Shown here: one piece after another, positions 29,955-38,992 of the stretch
Numbering within the stretch: the first letter of the stretch is position 1
How the letters are laid out: each line of letters starts with the position of its first letter
NCBI GenBank assembly: GCA_963668025.2
Contig: CAXXTH010000017.1
Span: 992,001-1,056,000 of the forward strand
Direction: 5' to 3'
Origin: Candidatus Hydrogenedentota bacterium
GTDB taxonomy: Bacteria > Hydrogenedentota > Hydrogenedentia > Hydrogenedentales > SLHB01
Length of the DNA: 64,000 nucleotides
Position numbers and translations under genes: made by a program
Notes under the pieces: generated by a model
Seen by the model: only the letters and a program-made list of their open reading frames with translations
Databases searched by the model: none
What the model was told of the DNA's origin: nothing

Positions 29955-30944
29955 TCAGCCCAAATCGAGGGCCTCGACCAAATCGCGGATGGCCTTGATC
30001 TCGTCCGCCGCCAGTTGGATATCGCCCGCGACCGCGTTTTCTTCGACTTGCCGCTCGTTGCGCGCGCCCGCCAAGGCCGCCGTAAGGCCGGGCTGCGCCA
30101 CGACCCATGCCAGGGCCACTTGCGCCAGCGTGGCGTCGTGGTTTTCGGCGATGGGCTTGACGTGTTCGAGCATATCGAGAACCTTCTGGCGATTCTCCCG
30201 GGTGAACCAAGGGTGCCCGTGGCGCAGGTCGTCTTCTTCGAATTCGCGCTCGAGCGTGATTTTACCGGTCATGAGCCCTTGCACCAAGGGACTGTAGGCC
30301 AGTATGCCTACTTTATGCTCGATGCAGAAGGGAACCACATCCGCCTCGATGCCCCGATTCAGCGGGCTATATAGGGGCTGATCGCTGGCGACTTCGCCAT
30401 GTTTCAAGCAGGCGGCCATCATCTCAGGCGTGAAATTGCTGACGCCGATAGCGCGAATCTTGCCTTCTTTGCGCAGTTGGAGCAGCTCCGCCATGGTGTC
30501 GTCCAATGGGCACGTGGAATCGGGCCAATGGCATTGGTACAGGTCGATGACATCCACGCCGAGGCGTCTAAGGCTTTGCTCGCATTCAAGGCGGATGGAC
30601 TCGGGGCGAAGATTGCGGTATACCTTCAGCGCTTTACCATTGTTGTCTTTGGTGATGAAGAAAAACTCGCCTTGTTCGAGATCCCAGCGCAATCCGCATT
30701 TGGTGGCGACCACGACTCGATCCCGGCGGCCCGCGATGGCTTGGCCCACGACCTGCTCGCTACGGCCCATGCCATACATCGGCGCGGTGTCGATGCAGGT
30801 GACGCCCAGCTCGACGCCGTGCTGGATGGCGCGTATGGCGGCCTTGTCATCCGAGCCGCCCCACATCCAGCCGCCAATCGCCCATGTGCCAAAACAAACT
30901 ACGGGCACATGAATATCGCTTTTGCCTAATTGCCGGAATTCCAT
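29955..30944 (-). CDS. Aldo/keto reductase
   Basis: FGTWAIGG, IDTAPMYG, ATKCG, DLYQCHWPD, IGVSNF, AYSPL. AGGAGG RBS. Confidence 0.95.
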   Translation of the reverse strand: MEFRQLGKSDIHVPVVCFGTWAIGGWMWGGSDDKAAIRAIQHGVELGVTCIDTAPMYGMGRSEQVVGQAIAGRRDRVVVATKCGLRWDLEQGEFFFITKDNNGKALKVYRNLRPESIRLECEQSLRRLGVDVIDLYQCHWPDSTCPLDDTMAELLQLRKEGKIRAIGVSNFTPEMMAACLKHGEVASDQPLYSPLNRGIEADVVPFCIEHKVGILAYSPLVQGLMTGKITLEREFEEDDLRHGHPWFTRENRQKVLDMLEHVKPIAENHDATLAQVALAWVVAQPGLTAALAGARNERQVEENAVAGDIQLAADEIKAIRDLVEALDLG

Positions 30945-31055
30945 ATCGAAGAACCTCCTTGGCAAGCCGCCAACGGCCCGCCTCGCTTTGTATCGCTTAT
31001 TGACATGCAGCCATGAAAACATGAGTATAGCAACGGTTCAGACGAGATGCACAAC

Positions 31056-31082
31056 GTAGCATGGGCGGGACGCCCATGCTAC
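31056..31082. repeat. REP family A (fully palindromic copy)
   Basis: GTAGCATGGGCG GGA CGCCCATGCTAC. Confidence 0.9.
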
Positions 31083-31122
31083 AAGAGGTTCAACGAGCTA
31101 TGCGCCCATCGGGAGAATGGGT

Positions 31123-31258
31123 ATGCGAGTAATCGTGATCGGCGGAACCGGCCGTATTGCGATACCGGCCCAGGTATTCACCGCTGGAGGCGATCTTCGA
31201 GTCGCTCGAATGGCTCATCGCCCATGGCGTGCTTAAAGTGGACCGGAATGGGGGCTGA
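31123..31258 (+). pseudogene. Internally deleted NAD-dependent epimerase/dehydratase remnant
   Basis: RBS plus MRVIVIGGTGRI (Rossmann start), joined out of frame to LRYRPRYSPLEAIFESLEWLIAHG (extended-SDR C-terminus). Confidence 0.7.
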
Positions 31259-31311
31259 GGAACGTTGATTATAGAAAAATACAGCAAAATAACCGATATA
31301 CTATCACTGAA

Positions 31312-31337
31312 TCATTCCCGCGCAAGCGGGATTTCCA
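31312..31337 (+). repeat. TCATTCCCGCG...GCGGGA palindromic repeat
   Basis: TCATTCCCGCGCAAGCGGGATTTCCA, similar to ATTCCC-N8-GGGAAT palindromes. Confidence 0.55.
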
Positions 31338-31397
31338 GAAATGGAGCAGGCAAGCCAAAACAAGGAAATGCCCGTGAAGTACGCCAAAGAGCACAAG

Positions 31398-31481
31398 AAA
31401 GCGGTAGCAAGCTACTGCACTCCCCATAGGCTTCCAAAAATTCCGCAGATTGTATGGAGTGCGGCAGCTTGCTGCCGCTTT
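31398..31481. repeat. Inverted REP doublet (GGAG family C)
   Basis: AAAGCGGTAGCAAGCTACTGCACTCC / GGAGTGCGGCAGCTTGCTGCCGCTTT. Confidence 0.85.
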
Positions 31482-31636
31482 GGGGGTGCGGATTTCTTCT
31501 GTATGCCCGTTTTCGGTTTTGTGGCGATGTAGATTTACTCGGGGCGCATTTTTGGAAGGCCTCGTTCGTGGGGGATGATGGCAAGGTTGGGTCTCAGATT
31601 ATTAGTCAGAAGTGAAACGGCTAGGTAGGGCATTGC

Positions 31637-32371
31637 ATGGACGCCGGTGAATACAAACTCATGTATGAAGTGGAGGCGCGCTATTGGTGGTATGCGGGGC
31701 TGCGCGGCATGCTCGGGCTTTTCCTGAAGCGCCATGAAAGCCACTGCGGCGGCCAGACGCTCGATGTGGGCTGCGGCACAGGCGCGAACATGGAGTTGCT
31801 CACGCGCGAGGGCGGCATAGCCATGGGGATCGATTTTGCGCCGCAAGCCATCTATTTTTGCCGCCAACGGGGATTGGCGCGCACCGCCGTGGCCTCCGCG
31901 CTGGCATTGCCGTTCCCCGATGGCCATTTCGACCGCGTGCTGCTCATGGATGTGCTGTATCATAAAGGCATTCCAGACAAGGCGGCCGCTCTTCATGAAG
32001 TGCGGCGCGTGCTGCGTCCCGGCGGCATGGCGTATCTGAATCTACCCGCGTACCAGTGGTTGTATTCGTCCCATGATGTCCATGTGCATACGGATCACCG
32101 CTTCACACGCGGAGAAGCCGTGCGCCTGCTGGCCTCGTGCGGGTATACTGTGCTGGACGCTACCTATTGGAATATGCTGCTGTTTCCTCTGGCGGCCGCG
32201 GGGCGCTTGTGGCGGCGCTGGCTGCCCCGGGAACAGTCGGATTTGGATACAGATACAAGCGGAGCCAGCAACGCGCTGTTCACGGCCGTGCTGGCGTTCG
32301 AGCGTTTTTTATTGCGGCGCATGAACGCGCCTTTTGGCCTTTCCATCATGATTACAGCGCGGAAGGATTAA
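31637..32371 (+). CDS. Class I SAM-dependent methyltransferase (glycosylation-locus type)
   Basis: E..YWWY N-terminus, LDVGCGTG, LPFPDGHFD, RVLRPGG, LPAYQWLYSSHD. Confidence 0.9.
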   Translation: MDAGEYKLMYEVEARYWWYAGLRGMLGLFLKRHESHCGGQTLDVGCGTGANMELLTREGGIAMGIDFAPQAIYFCRQRGLARTAVASALALPFPDGHFDRVLLMDVLYHKGIPDKAAALHEVRRVLRPGGMAYLNLPAYQWLYSSHDVHVHTDHRFTRGEAVRLLASCGYTVLDATYWNMLLFPLAAAGRLWRRWLPREQSDLDTDTSGASNALFTAVLAFERFLLRRMNAPFGLSIMITARKD

Positions 32372-32377
32372 TTTTTG

Positions 32378-34015
32378 ATGGATGCGCGAAAGACCAACCT
32401 GCTTGTGCTGGGATGCATTTTGATCTTGGCGGCGGCGCTGCGCTTTTGGGGGATCAGTTTCGGCCTCCCCCATCCCGAATGCAAGCCCGACGAAACGATC
32501 ATCGCACGCGCCGCCTTGGGCATGCTCGCCTCCGGCAGTTTCAATCCCCACTTTTTCGATTATCCGTCCTTGTTCCTCTATCTCACCGCCGGGCTGTACG
32601 CGCTGCTTGGCCATGCGCGCGTGGCGCTGGACATAGACCCATCCTTCAGCGCGTTTCTGGCGTCCTATGAAGCGGACCCCACACCCTTTCTGATGCTTCA
32701 ACGGCTCGTGTCCTGCTTGGCGGGCATCGGCGCCGTCGGGATGGTTTATCCGCTGGGCAAGACATTCGCCAGCGCCCGTGCGGGCCTGCTCGGGGCCTTT
32801 TTCATGGCCGTGGCGTATTTGCCTGTGCGGGAGGCCCATTTCGGCGTTACGGATTCGCTGCAACTGCTCTTCATCTGCTTGTGCGTGTATGTGCTGGCGC
32901 GCGCGCGCCATGCCCCGCGCCTTAGGGATTACGCGCTGGCGGGGTTTCTGGCGGGCCTTGCAACGTCCACTAAATACCCGGGGATTTTTTTGGCCGCACC
33001 AATGGCCGTGCTTCATCTGCTCGATACGGCGCGCCAACGTGGCGGCTTCATCCGGCGGCTTGTGCTGGCCCCCGGCCCCTGGCTCTTCGGGCTCATCATG
33101 TGCGGCGTGTTTCTCATGATCACGCCATTCGCCATCCTCGACTACCCTGCTTTTACTGCCCACAACGCCAGTGTGGCCCAGTCGCTCAATGACGGTTTCA
33201 TCCACATCTCTGGACACGGCTGGGTGCGGCATATCACCTTCTCGCTATATTACGGCATGGGTCCCGTCCTGCTGCTCGCCGCCGTGGCGGGAGCTTGCCT
33301 GCTGGCCAGGCGCGACTACCGGAGCGCATTGCTCTTTTTATCGTTTCCGGTGGTTTTTTATACCGTCACTGGGCGCAGCCTGACCGTGTTTCCCCGCTAC
33401 ATTCTGCCGGTGGCCCCGTTTTTATGCGTAGGCGCGGCCATATTTGTGGACCGGTTCGCGGAATGGCCCACGAAGCGCCATGCGCGCCTGGCCTGGGGGC
33501 TGGCGCTGGTGGCGCTGATCGCCTTGCAGCCACTGCGCGCCTCGATACGCTGCGACAAGCTGCTTGCCCGGAAAGACAACCGTCTCGTAACCACCGAATG
33601 GCTCTATGCGCGCATCCCATCCGGCAGCACGATCTACCAGACCGGCAACCAATACGACCGGCTGGACCTGCCTGCCGCCCCCGCGAGTTATGGTATTTGG
33701 TGGTACAACTCCGAGGCCGACCAATTCATCGCCCAAGGCCAGCCCACGGACGCCGAGCCGGATTACATTATCGTGGCCCGTTCCGCGCTGTTCCGCTGGG
33801 ATTGGTTTCCCCGCACCCTGCCCGGCATCGAGCGCCGCGTCCGCAACAATTATGAACTCCTGCAATACTTCTGGGCGCAGGAATTGGATTATCCTTATAA
33901 CTATTATGACAACCAGGACGCATTCTATTTGCCCTATGCGGGCGTCCGGGGAGCCAAGCGGCCCGGGCCGAATTTTTACATCTACATTCGCAAAGACTTA
34001 CTGAAGCAGGGCTAG
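32378..34015 (+). CDS. GT-C fold membrane glycosyltransferase (ArnT/PMT-like)
   Basis: First-loop PDE motif, FDYPSL, GLATSTKYP, PRYILP and many TM helices. Confidence 0.85.
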   Translation: MDARKTNLLVLGCILILAAALRFWGISFGLPHPECKPDETIIARAALGMLASGSFNPHFFDYPSLFLYLTAGLYALLGHARVALDIDPSFSAFLASYEADPTPFLMLQRLVSCLAGIGAVGMVYPLGKTFASARAGLLGAFFMAVAYLPVREAHFGVTDSLQLLFICLCVYVLARARHAPRLRDYALAGFLAGLATSTKYPGIFLAAPMAVLHLLDTARQRGGFIRRLVLAPGPWLFGLIMCGVFLMITPFAILDYPAFTAHNASVAQSLNDGFIHISGHGWVRHITFSLYYGMGPVLLLAAVAGACLLARRDYRSALLFLSFPVVFYTVTGRSLTVFPRYILPVAPFLCVGAAIFVDRFAEWPTKRHARLAWGLALVALIALQPLRASIRCDKLLARKDNRLVTTEWLYARIPSGSTIYQTGNQYDRLDLPAAPASYGIWWYNSEADQFIAQGQPTDAEPDYIIVARSALFRWDWFPRTLPGIERRVRNNYELLQYFWAQELDYPYNYYDNQDAFYLPYAGVRGAKRPGPNFYIYIRKDLLKQG

Positions 34016-34053
34016 AGCGTTTCAGAATTGGATGTAGCACGGTACAAGGCTTT

Positions 34054-34101
34054 GTGGCATGGCCGTCCCGGCCATGCGCATGGGCGAGACGCCCATGCCA
34101 C
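34054..34101. repeat. REP family A inverted doublet
   Basis: GTGG CATGGCCG TCC CGGCCATG cg CATGGGCG AGA CGCCCATG CCAC. Confidence 0.9.
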
Positions 34102-34150
34102 TTCGCTACACACCATCTTGATACACTCTATCGACAGGGAGAATGGGGCG

Positions 34151-35230
34151 ATGTTCACGTGTTCCCTGACAGATGCGATGCTGTCCCGTGAAGAGCAAGC
34201 ACGCTTTCGCGATTTCCTCCAACGCCATGGCGTGGATGACGCCATCTGGGAGCCATACGCCCGCGCGCTGGCCGTCTCCTCACCCATTACGAAGCCCATG
34301 GCGCTCCGGGTGTTTCATGAAAACAAGCTGGCGGGCGCGGCGTTTGTCGTGAAATGCAAGGCGTATGGGCGGGCGATGTTTGACCATCCGCTATTATATC
34401 GCTCCATCGACCTGGCTGGCTTGCCTGCATTCATCTGGATGCGCACGGGATTTTGCGCCGACCTGCTGGCTAATCCGGGCTTTATCGCCGAGGGTTTCGA
34501 GGAGCAGGCGGTCCTACAGTCCATGCTGGCGGAACTTCGCTGCAGCGCTTACGGCGTGATCGTCACGGATTTCCCCGCCAACCAGGCGCTGCACGGCGCG
34601 GCCAGCGTGTTCTCTTACGTGAAGAATGGCGCGGTGTCGCTGCACGGGATGCATGCGCGGGTAGACTTCATGGGCCAACACCACCGCTTGCGCCGCAAAG
34701 TCCAGTGCTTCACGCAACAAGGTGGGGAAATCGAGGTGGTGTGTGGCGCGATGACGGTTGAAGCGCTTCAGGCGGTGCGGCGTTGCATCGACGCGACCGT
34801 TCGTGAAAGCATTATTTATACGCCCTTCCAGGATATCTTCACGGAAGCCGCCTTGTCGGCATGCCAGCTCGACTCGATCCAAATGGTGCATGCCGTTGCG
34901 CGGCTGCATGGAGAGATAGTGGGTTATCACACCTTTGTGCGGAGCGGGCGCGGGCTGCATATGTTGCATGGCGCATTCGACCGCGGCTGCTCGGATTTGC
35001 ACCATTGTTATGAAAACGTGATTCTGGCCGCCGTGGAGTACGCCCTCGAGCATCAACTCGAATGCGTTCATTTCGGCCCCATCCTCAACGAGACCAAACG
35101 GCGCATGATGAACCAAACAGCATCCTGCGCCATCTATTTCCATAGCCAATATGCCTGGCTGCGCTTCTTGATTCCCATCGCATTCCGTTGCTCGAAGATG
35201 CAAAGCCCAAAGCTTTTGATGTTTGGGTAG
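34151..35230 (+). CDS. GNAT/FemAB-like fold protein
   Basis: VARLHGEIVGY, YENVILAAVEYALEHQL..VHFG and ETKRRM resemble FemAB-like GNAT C-terminal domains. Start chosen downstream of the REP. Confidence 0.6.
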   Translation: MFTCSLTDAMLSREEQARFRDFLQRHGVDDAIWEPYARALAVSSPITKPMALRVFHENKLAGAAFVVKCKAYGRAMFDHPLLYRSIDLAGLPAFIWMRTGFCADLLANPGFIAEGFEEQAVLQSMLAELRCSAYGVIVTDFPANQALHGAASVFSYVKNGAVSLHGMHARVDFMGQHHRLRRKVQCFTQQGGEIEVVCGAMTVEALQAVRRCIDATVRESIIYTPFQDIFTEAALSACQLDSIQMVHAVARLHGEIVGYHTFVRSGRGLHMLHGAFDRGCSDLHHCYENVILAAVEYALEHQLECVHFGPILNETKRRMMNQTASCAIYFHSQYAWLRFLIPIAFRCSKMQSPKLLMFG

Positions 35231-35237
35231 TAGCGGC

Positions 35238-36071
35238 TCAGGCTTTGCCCATGATCATGGCGAGGCTGATTTGAATGACGTTGATGTCGAAGATGAGCTG
35301 TATCGCCGCGAGCAGCACCAATACGAAGATGATGCGGTTGAACAGTTTTTCGGATACCCGCGTATGCATCCATTTCCCCATATACGAGCCGATGGGCACC
35401 AAGGGGATAAGCACGAGATCAAACAGCAGCACGTCTTTTTGCATAAGCCCCACGCCGAAAAAGAAGGGCAGCTTGGTGATGTTAATCAGGGCGAACGTCC
35501 ACGCCACAGTGCCCACGAAGAGTGACTTGCCGAGTCCTTGTGCGAATACATAGAGGTTCACGATAGGCCCCGCCGCGTGGGCGATGGCGGAGCAGAATCC
35601 CGCCGCAATGCCCGTGGGAATAGCCACGCGCAGGCCGGGCCGGTATTGTTCGACCCAATGGAGCGCCGCTTCTTTCACGAAAATGTAGATCGCAAAGAGC
35701 AGGGCGATGATGCCGACAAACAGCTTGATGGGCCGCTCGAATGATTCAATGCCTTCCTGTCCCACCCGGTACCATACCCATGCGCCGAGCAGGATGCCGA
35801 TGATCGAGGGCAGGTACATCTCGAGCACTTTTCGCCATACTTTATTATCCCAGTGATGGTAGATGGCGTTGATGTCGCACAAGATGAGCAGCGGCAGCAT
35901 GGTGGCCGACACCAGATCGACCGGCATGACCAGCATCATCAGCGGCAGCGACAGGATGCCCGCGCCGCCCGCGAATCCGGATTTGCTAATTCCCTGGATC
36001 AGAATGGCCAGCGCGACGAACACCCAAAAAATGCTTATCGGCACATCCGGCAGGACAAACGTGGAAAACAC
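35238..36071 (-). CDS. TauE/SafE (DUF81) family permease
   Basis: GISKSGFAGGAG, MLPLLILCD, AHAAGP and INITKLPFF motifs, about 8 TM helices. Confidence 0.9.
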   Translation of the reverse strand: MFSTFVLPDVPISIFWVFVALAILIQGISKSGFAGGAGILSLPLMMLVMPVDLVSATMLPLLILCDINAIYHHWDNKVWRKVLEMYLPSIIGILLGAWVWYRVGQEGIESFERPIKLFVGIIALLFAIYIFVKEAALHWVEQYRPGLRVAIPTGIAAGFCSAIAHAAGPIVNLYVFAQGLGKSLFVGTVAWTFALINITKLPFFFGVGLMQKDVLLFDLVLIPLVPIGSYMGKWMHTRVSEKLFNRIIFVLVLLAAIQLIFDINVIQISLAMIMGKA

Positions 36072-36083
36072 GGGGCGCTCCTT

Positions 36084-36520
36084 CTATTCTTCGTATTCGG
36101 CGGTGACGACGCTCGATAGCCCGCCCCGGGGATTGCAGGCGATCACCACGCGCATCCGCTTGGGATGGCAGGCCTTCACCAAGTCATCGAGCATGCGGTT
36201 CACCAAGTGCTCATACCAGATGCCCACATTGCGATAGGACAACAGGTAATACTTGAGCGACCGCAACTCGATGCAGTAGCGTCCCGGCGTATAAGCGATG
36301 GTGATGCGGGCGAAATCGGGCAGGCCGAGAAAGGGCACACGGACGTGAATTCGTCCGTCTCGGTGACGATCTCCATGGCCTTGCCCACGGGCTTATCCGC
36401 ATAAGCGTACTCGAAGCATTCGAGGCATCCGGCGTCAATGGCCTCTTCGCCTTGAAACGGGAGCGACTTGTCTTGTGCTTGAAAGGCCTGCCGGACGCTG
36501 GGCTGCTGTTCATTCTCCAT
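36084..36520 (-). pseudogene. queF: preQ1 synthase QueF, interrupted by a -1 frame change near 36325-36335
   Basis: Frame A ends EFTSVCPF. Frame B continues GLPDFA...IELRSLKYYLLSYRNVGIWYE...PRGGL (QueF motif). May be recoded, a pseudogene or a sequence error. Confidence 0.85.
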
Positions 36521-37212
36521 AATAGTAACACCTCGCGGAATTGGTCTCTTGGACCACCGTGGCCAGGGGCGTTTGGCCCATTTCGGCCAGCCGGTTCCAG
36601 AGCCATTGGCACATATGCTCGCACGTCGTTCCCTCGAGGCCCGGCGTTTCATTCAGACAGGTATGGTCAAGCACCGCCATATATTTCTTCGAGTGCGGCG
36701 CGCAGGGACTCCATGTCCGCCGCCCCCGCCTCGACGCGGTAGCTATGCCCATGCAGCAAATGGCATGGGTGGCTATCGGGCAATTGGGGCAGCGATTGGG
36801 CCGCCTCGAAAGTGAAGCGCCAGCGCGCGGGCAATTTCTTCGAGGGCTCGGCCTCGAGTTGCACCGGCTTGAACGCCAGATCGCCCACGATGGACACCCG
36901 CACATCGGCGAGCATCGGCAATTGCGGCTGCAAACGTTCCAGAATCCACGCCCTCAGCGCGGGCAGCCGGGTATCCTGGAGCTCCGGCGTATTCTCATTC
37001 AAATAATGATGGTCCAGTTGCGCATACAGCGGCTGGAACAAGGCCTTAATATCGCCATAGTCCATCAGCCACCCATATTCCGAAGCCACCTTGCCCGCCA
37101 CGACGAGATCAGCGCGATAGCTATGGCCATGGACACGCTGTTGGCGCGCATCGCCACGGGGATTCCGATGAGCCGCCTCGAAGAAAAACGTACGAACCAA
37201 TTCCACCTTCAC
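36510..37212 (-). pseudogene. queD: Tandem two-domain 6-carboxytetrahydropterin synthase (QueD/PTPS family), interrupted by a +1 frame change near 36678
   Basis: Two HGHSY motifs. Domain 1 YAQLDHHYLNE aligns with domain 2 IY/AVLDHTCLNE, which is split across frames. C-terminal QET is in the second frame. Confidence 0.8.
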
Positions 37213-37332
37213 GGGGTGCGCCTCCTGTATGCCGGAGCCCCAAACGGCTCGGACGGCAAAGGAGTATTATGCGGCAAAGACAGGGCGGCATGCCACTGCG
37301 TGGTGGTGGGGAACTGCTCGTAACCGTATTCC

Positions 37333-37355
37333 GTAGCATGGGCGTCCCGCCCATG
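37333..37355 (+). repeat. REP family A
   Basis: GTAG CATGGGCG TCC CGCCCATG. Confidence 0.9.
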
Positions 37356-37385
37356 ACTCGATCCTATGTGTTATGGGGGAGAGGC

Positions 37386-38357
37386 CTACTTGTGCGCACC
37401 CATTTTTTCATGATTTATTTGCATGAACTCCTCGCACATCGCTTGAATCGCTTCCTCCGAATGGCCCGCGCCTACGGGATCGGCATACCACTTGGCGATA
37501 TACCCGCCGTTGTCGCGTCCGAGCAGGCTGGCCAGTTTCCGGCAATAGGCGCGGATATCATCTAGGCTGCCCCGGCACATCATGTTTTGTATGTCCACTG
37601 GGCACCAGAAACAGATGCGCCCGCCAAACCGGTTTCCGAGCACCTCAAGCCCCATATTCTCCTGCTGGTCCATTTGAATGACATCAAGCCCGGCCTCGAT
37701 AAGGTCATCGAGAATATCCACGATATAGCCGCAGGAATGCATCAGCGTGATTAGTCCGGCGTCATGGCATGCCCCAAACACCCGCGCATATCTCGGTTTC
37801 CATATCTCCCGCCATTTGTCTGGGGAGATCATCAAACGATCCTGCAAACCCAAATCATCCGCCAAAATAAGGCCGTCGAGTCCGGCTGCCGCAAACTTCT
37901 GAATGGCAACTAGGTTCATGTCCGCCAATAGGTCGATCAAGCGGGCCAGTTCATTCGGATACTCGTAGATATCCGTCCAGGTGTTTTGCAGTCCTCGCAC
38001 GAAGTGGACCCGCTCGTAGAGCGATATGCCCGTAGCAAGCAGGAAACGTTCTCCCGCGGCTTCCCGCGCTCCTTCCAAGGTTTGCCATCGGTTCGAGGTG
38101 TTTATATCGGGTATGGCCAATTCATCGAAATGCGCCCAGTCCTTCAATGGGAACTCCTGTACTTCTCCCAGGTTGCACGCGCCAATGTTTTTCCAGACAG
38201 CGCCCCATTCATCTGTCCCATTGGCGGGCCGGGCATCCGGGTGGGGAGCCATGCCCGTCCATGCGAAGTCAGACCCATAGGGCTCCGGGAGGTCCATGGG
38301 AAGCCGGTCAATTCCCTGAAAAGTGGCGGCGTTTCGCACAAGTTCACGGCTGGTCAT
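37386..38357 (-). CDS. Uroporphyrinogen decarboxylase (URO-D/MtaA-like) family protein
   Basis: MTSRE start, DEWG..W, ADDLG.Q, MHSCG, CFWCPVDIQ. AGGAG RBS. Confidence 0.85.
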   Translation of the reverse strand: MTSRELVRNAATFQGIDRLPMDLPEPYGSDFAWTGMAPHPDARPANGTDEWGAVWKNIGACNLGEVQEFPLKDWAHFDELAIPDINTSNRWQTLEGAREAAGERFLLATGISLYERVHFVRGLQNTWTDIYEYPNELARLIDLLADMNLVAIQKFAAAGLDGLILADDLGLQDRLMISPDKWREIWKPRYARVFGACHDAGLITLMHSCGYIVDILDDLIEAGLDVIQMDQQENMGLEVLGNRFGGRICFWCPVDIQNMMCRGSLDDIRAYCRKLASLLGRDNGGYIAKWYADPVGAGHSEEAIQAMCEEFMQINHEKMGAHK

Positions 38358-38458
38358 TGGTATTCTCCTATACATCCTGGCCTGCGGTTGCGGGCGTCTT
38401 GCCGTAGAATAACATAATATATGATAAAGTTGCGAGGGCTAGATCTTTGCAGCAATTC

Positions 38459-38506
38459 ATAGCATGGGCGTCCCGCCCATGTGCATAGCCGGGACGCCCA
38501 TGCTAT
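38459..38506. repeat. REP family A inverted doublet
   Basis: ATAG CATGGGCG TCC CGCCCATG tg CATAGCCG GGA CGCCCATG CTAT. Confidence 0.9.
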
Positions 38507-38595
38507 CGGAGCTGGTAATTGCCCCGCCGCCAGGGCTTGCAAACCATCCTCCGCCTCAGCTACAACCAGATACAATTCATGTTGAGGATACTATC

Positions 38596-38946
38596 ATGGA
38601 AACAGCGGACAAGCGGCGGTATTCGATCTCCGAAGTGAGCGAACAGACCCAAGTGCCAGCGTATGTCCTTCGCCAATGGGAAGAACGCTTTCCCCAACTC
38701 AAGCCCCGGCGCGACCGCGTCAAACGGCGTTATTACCTCTTGGAAGACATCCGGATTGTACAACGCATCAAGGAATTGCTCTGGCAGGAAAAGATGACCA
38801 CCACGGGGGCGCGGCGGGTGCTGGCGCAGGAACTTCGGGGGGAAGGCCGCCCCCGGACGCGCCAGGAAGCCATTGACTTGCTGGATCAGATCGAGGCCGA
38901 AGTCCGCGCCATGCTTGCCATGCTGGATGAATATCTGCCGGAATGA
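38596..38946 (+). CDS. MerR-family transcriptional regulator
   Basis: YSISEVS...VLRQWEERFPQLKP....RRYY MerR HTH. Confidence 0.9.
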   Translation: METADKRRYSISEVSEQTQVPAYVLRQWEERFPQLKPRRDRVKRRYYLLEDIRIVQRIKELLWQEKMTTTGARRVLAQELRGEGRPRTRQEAIDLLDQIEAEVRAMLAMLDEYLPE

Positions 38947-38992
38947 TATCGCAGCCAGGAATACATGGTAAACTTCGTCGATGGCGGAATTA

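Noticed and set aside
36666-36672. RF2-like +1 frameshift site (GCU UGA C) in queD
   Set aside because: The RF2 site needs CUU UGA so the P-site tRNA can re-pair. GCU to CUU is non-cognate, and no suitably placed SD was seen.
37213-37385. preQ1 riboswitch upstream of queD
   Set aside because: No preQ1 stem-loop with an A-rich tail is visible. The region holds only a REP and a short hairpin.
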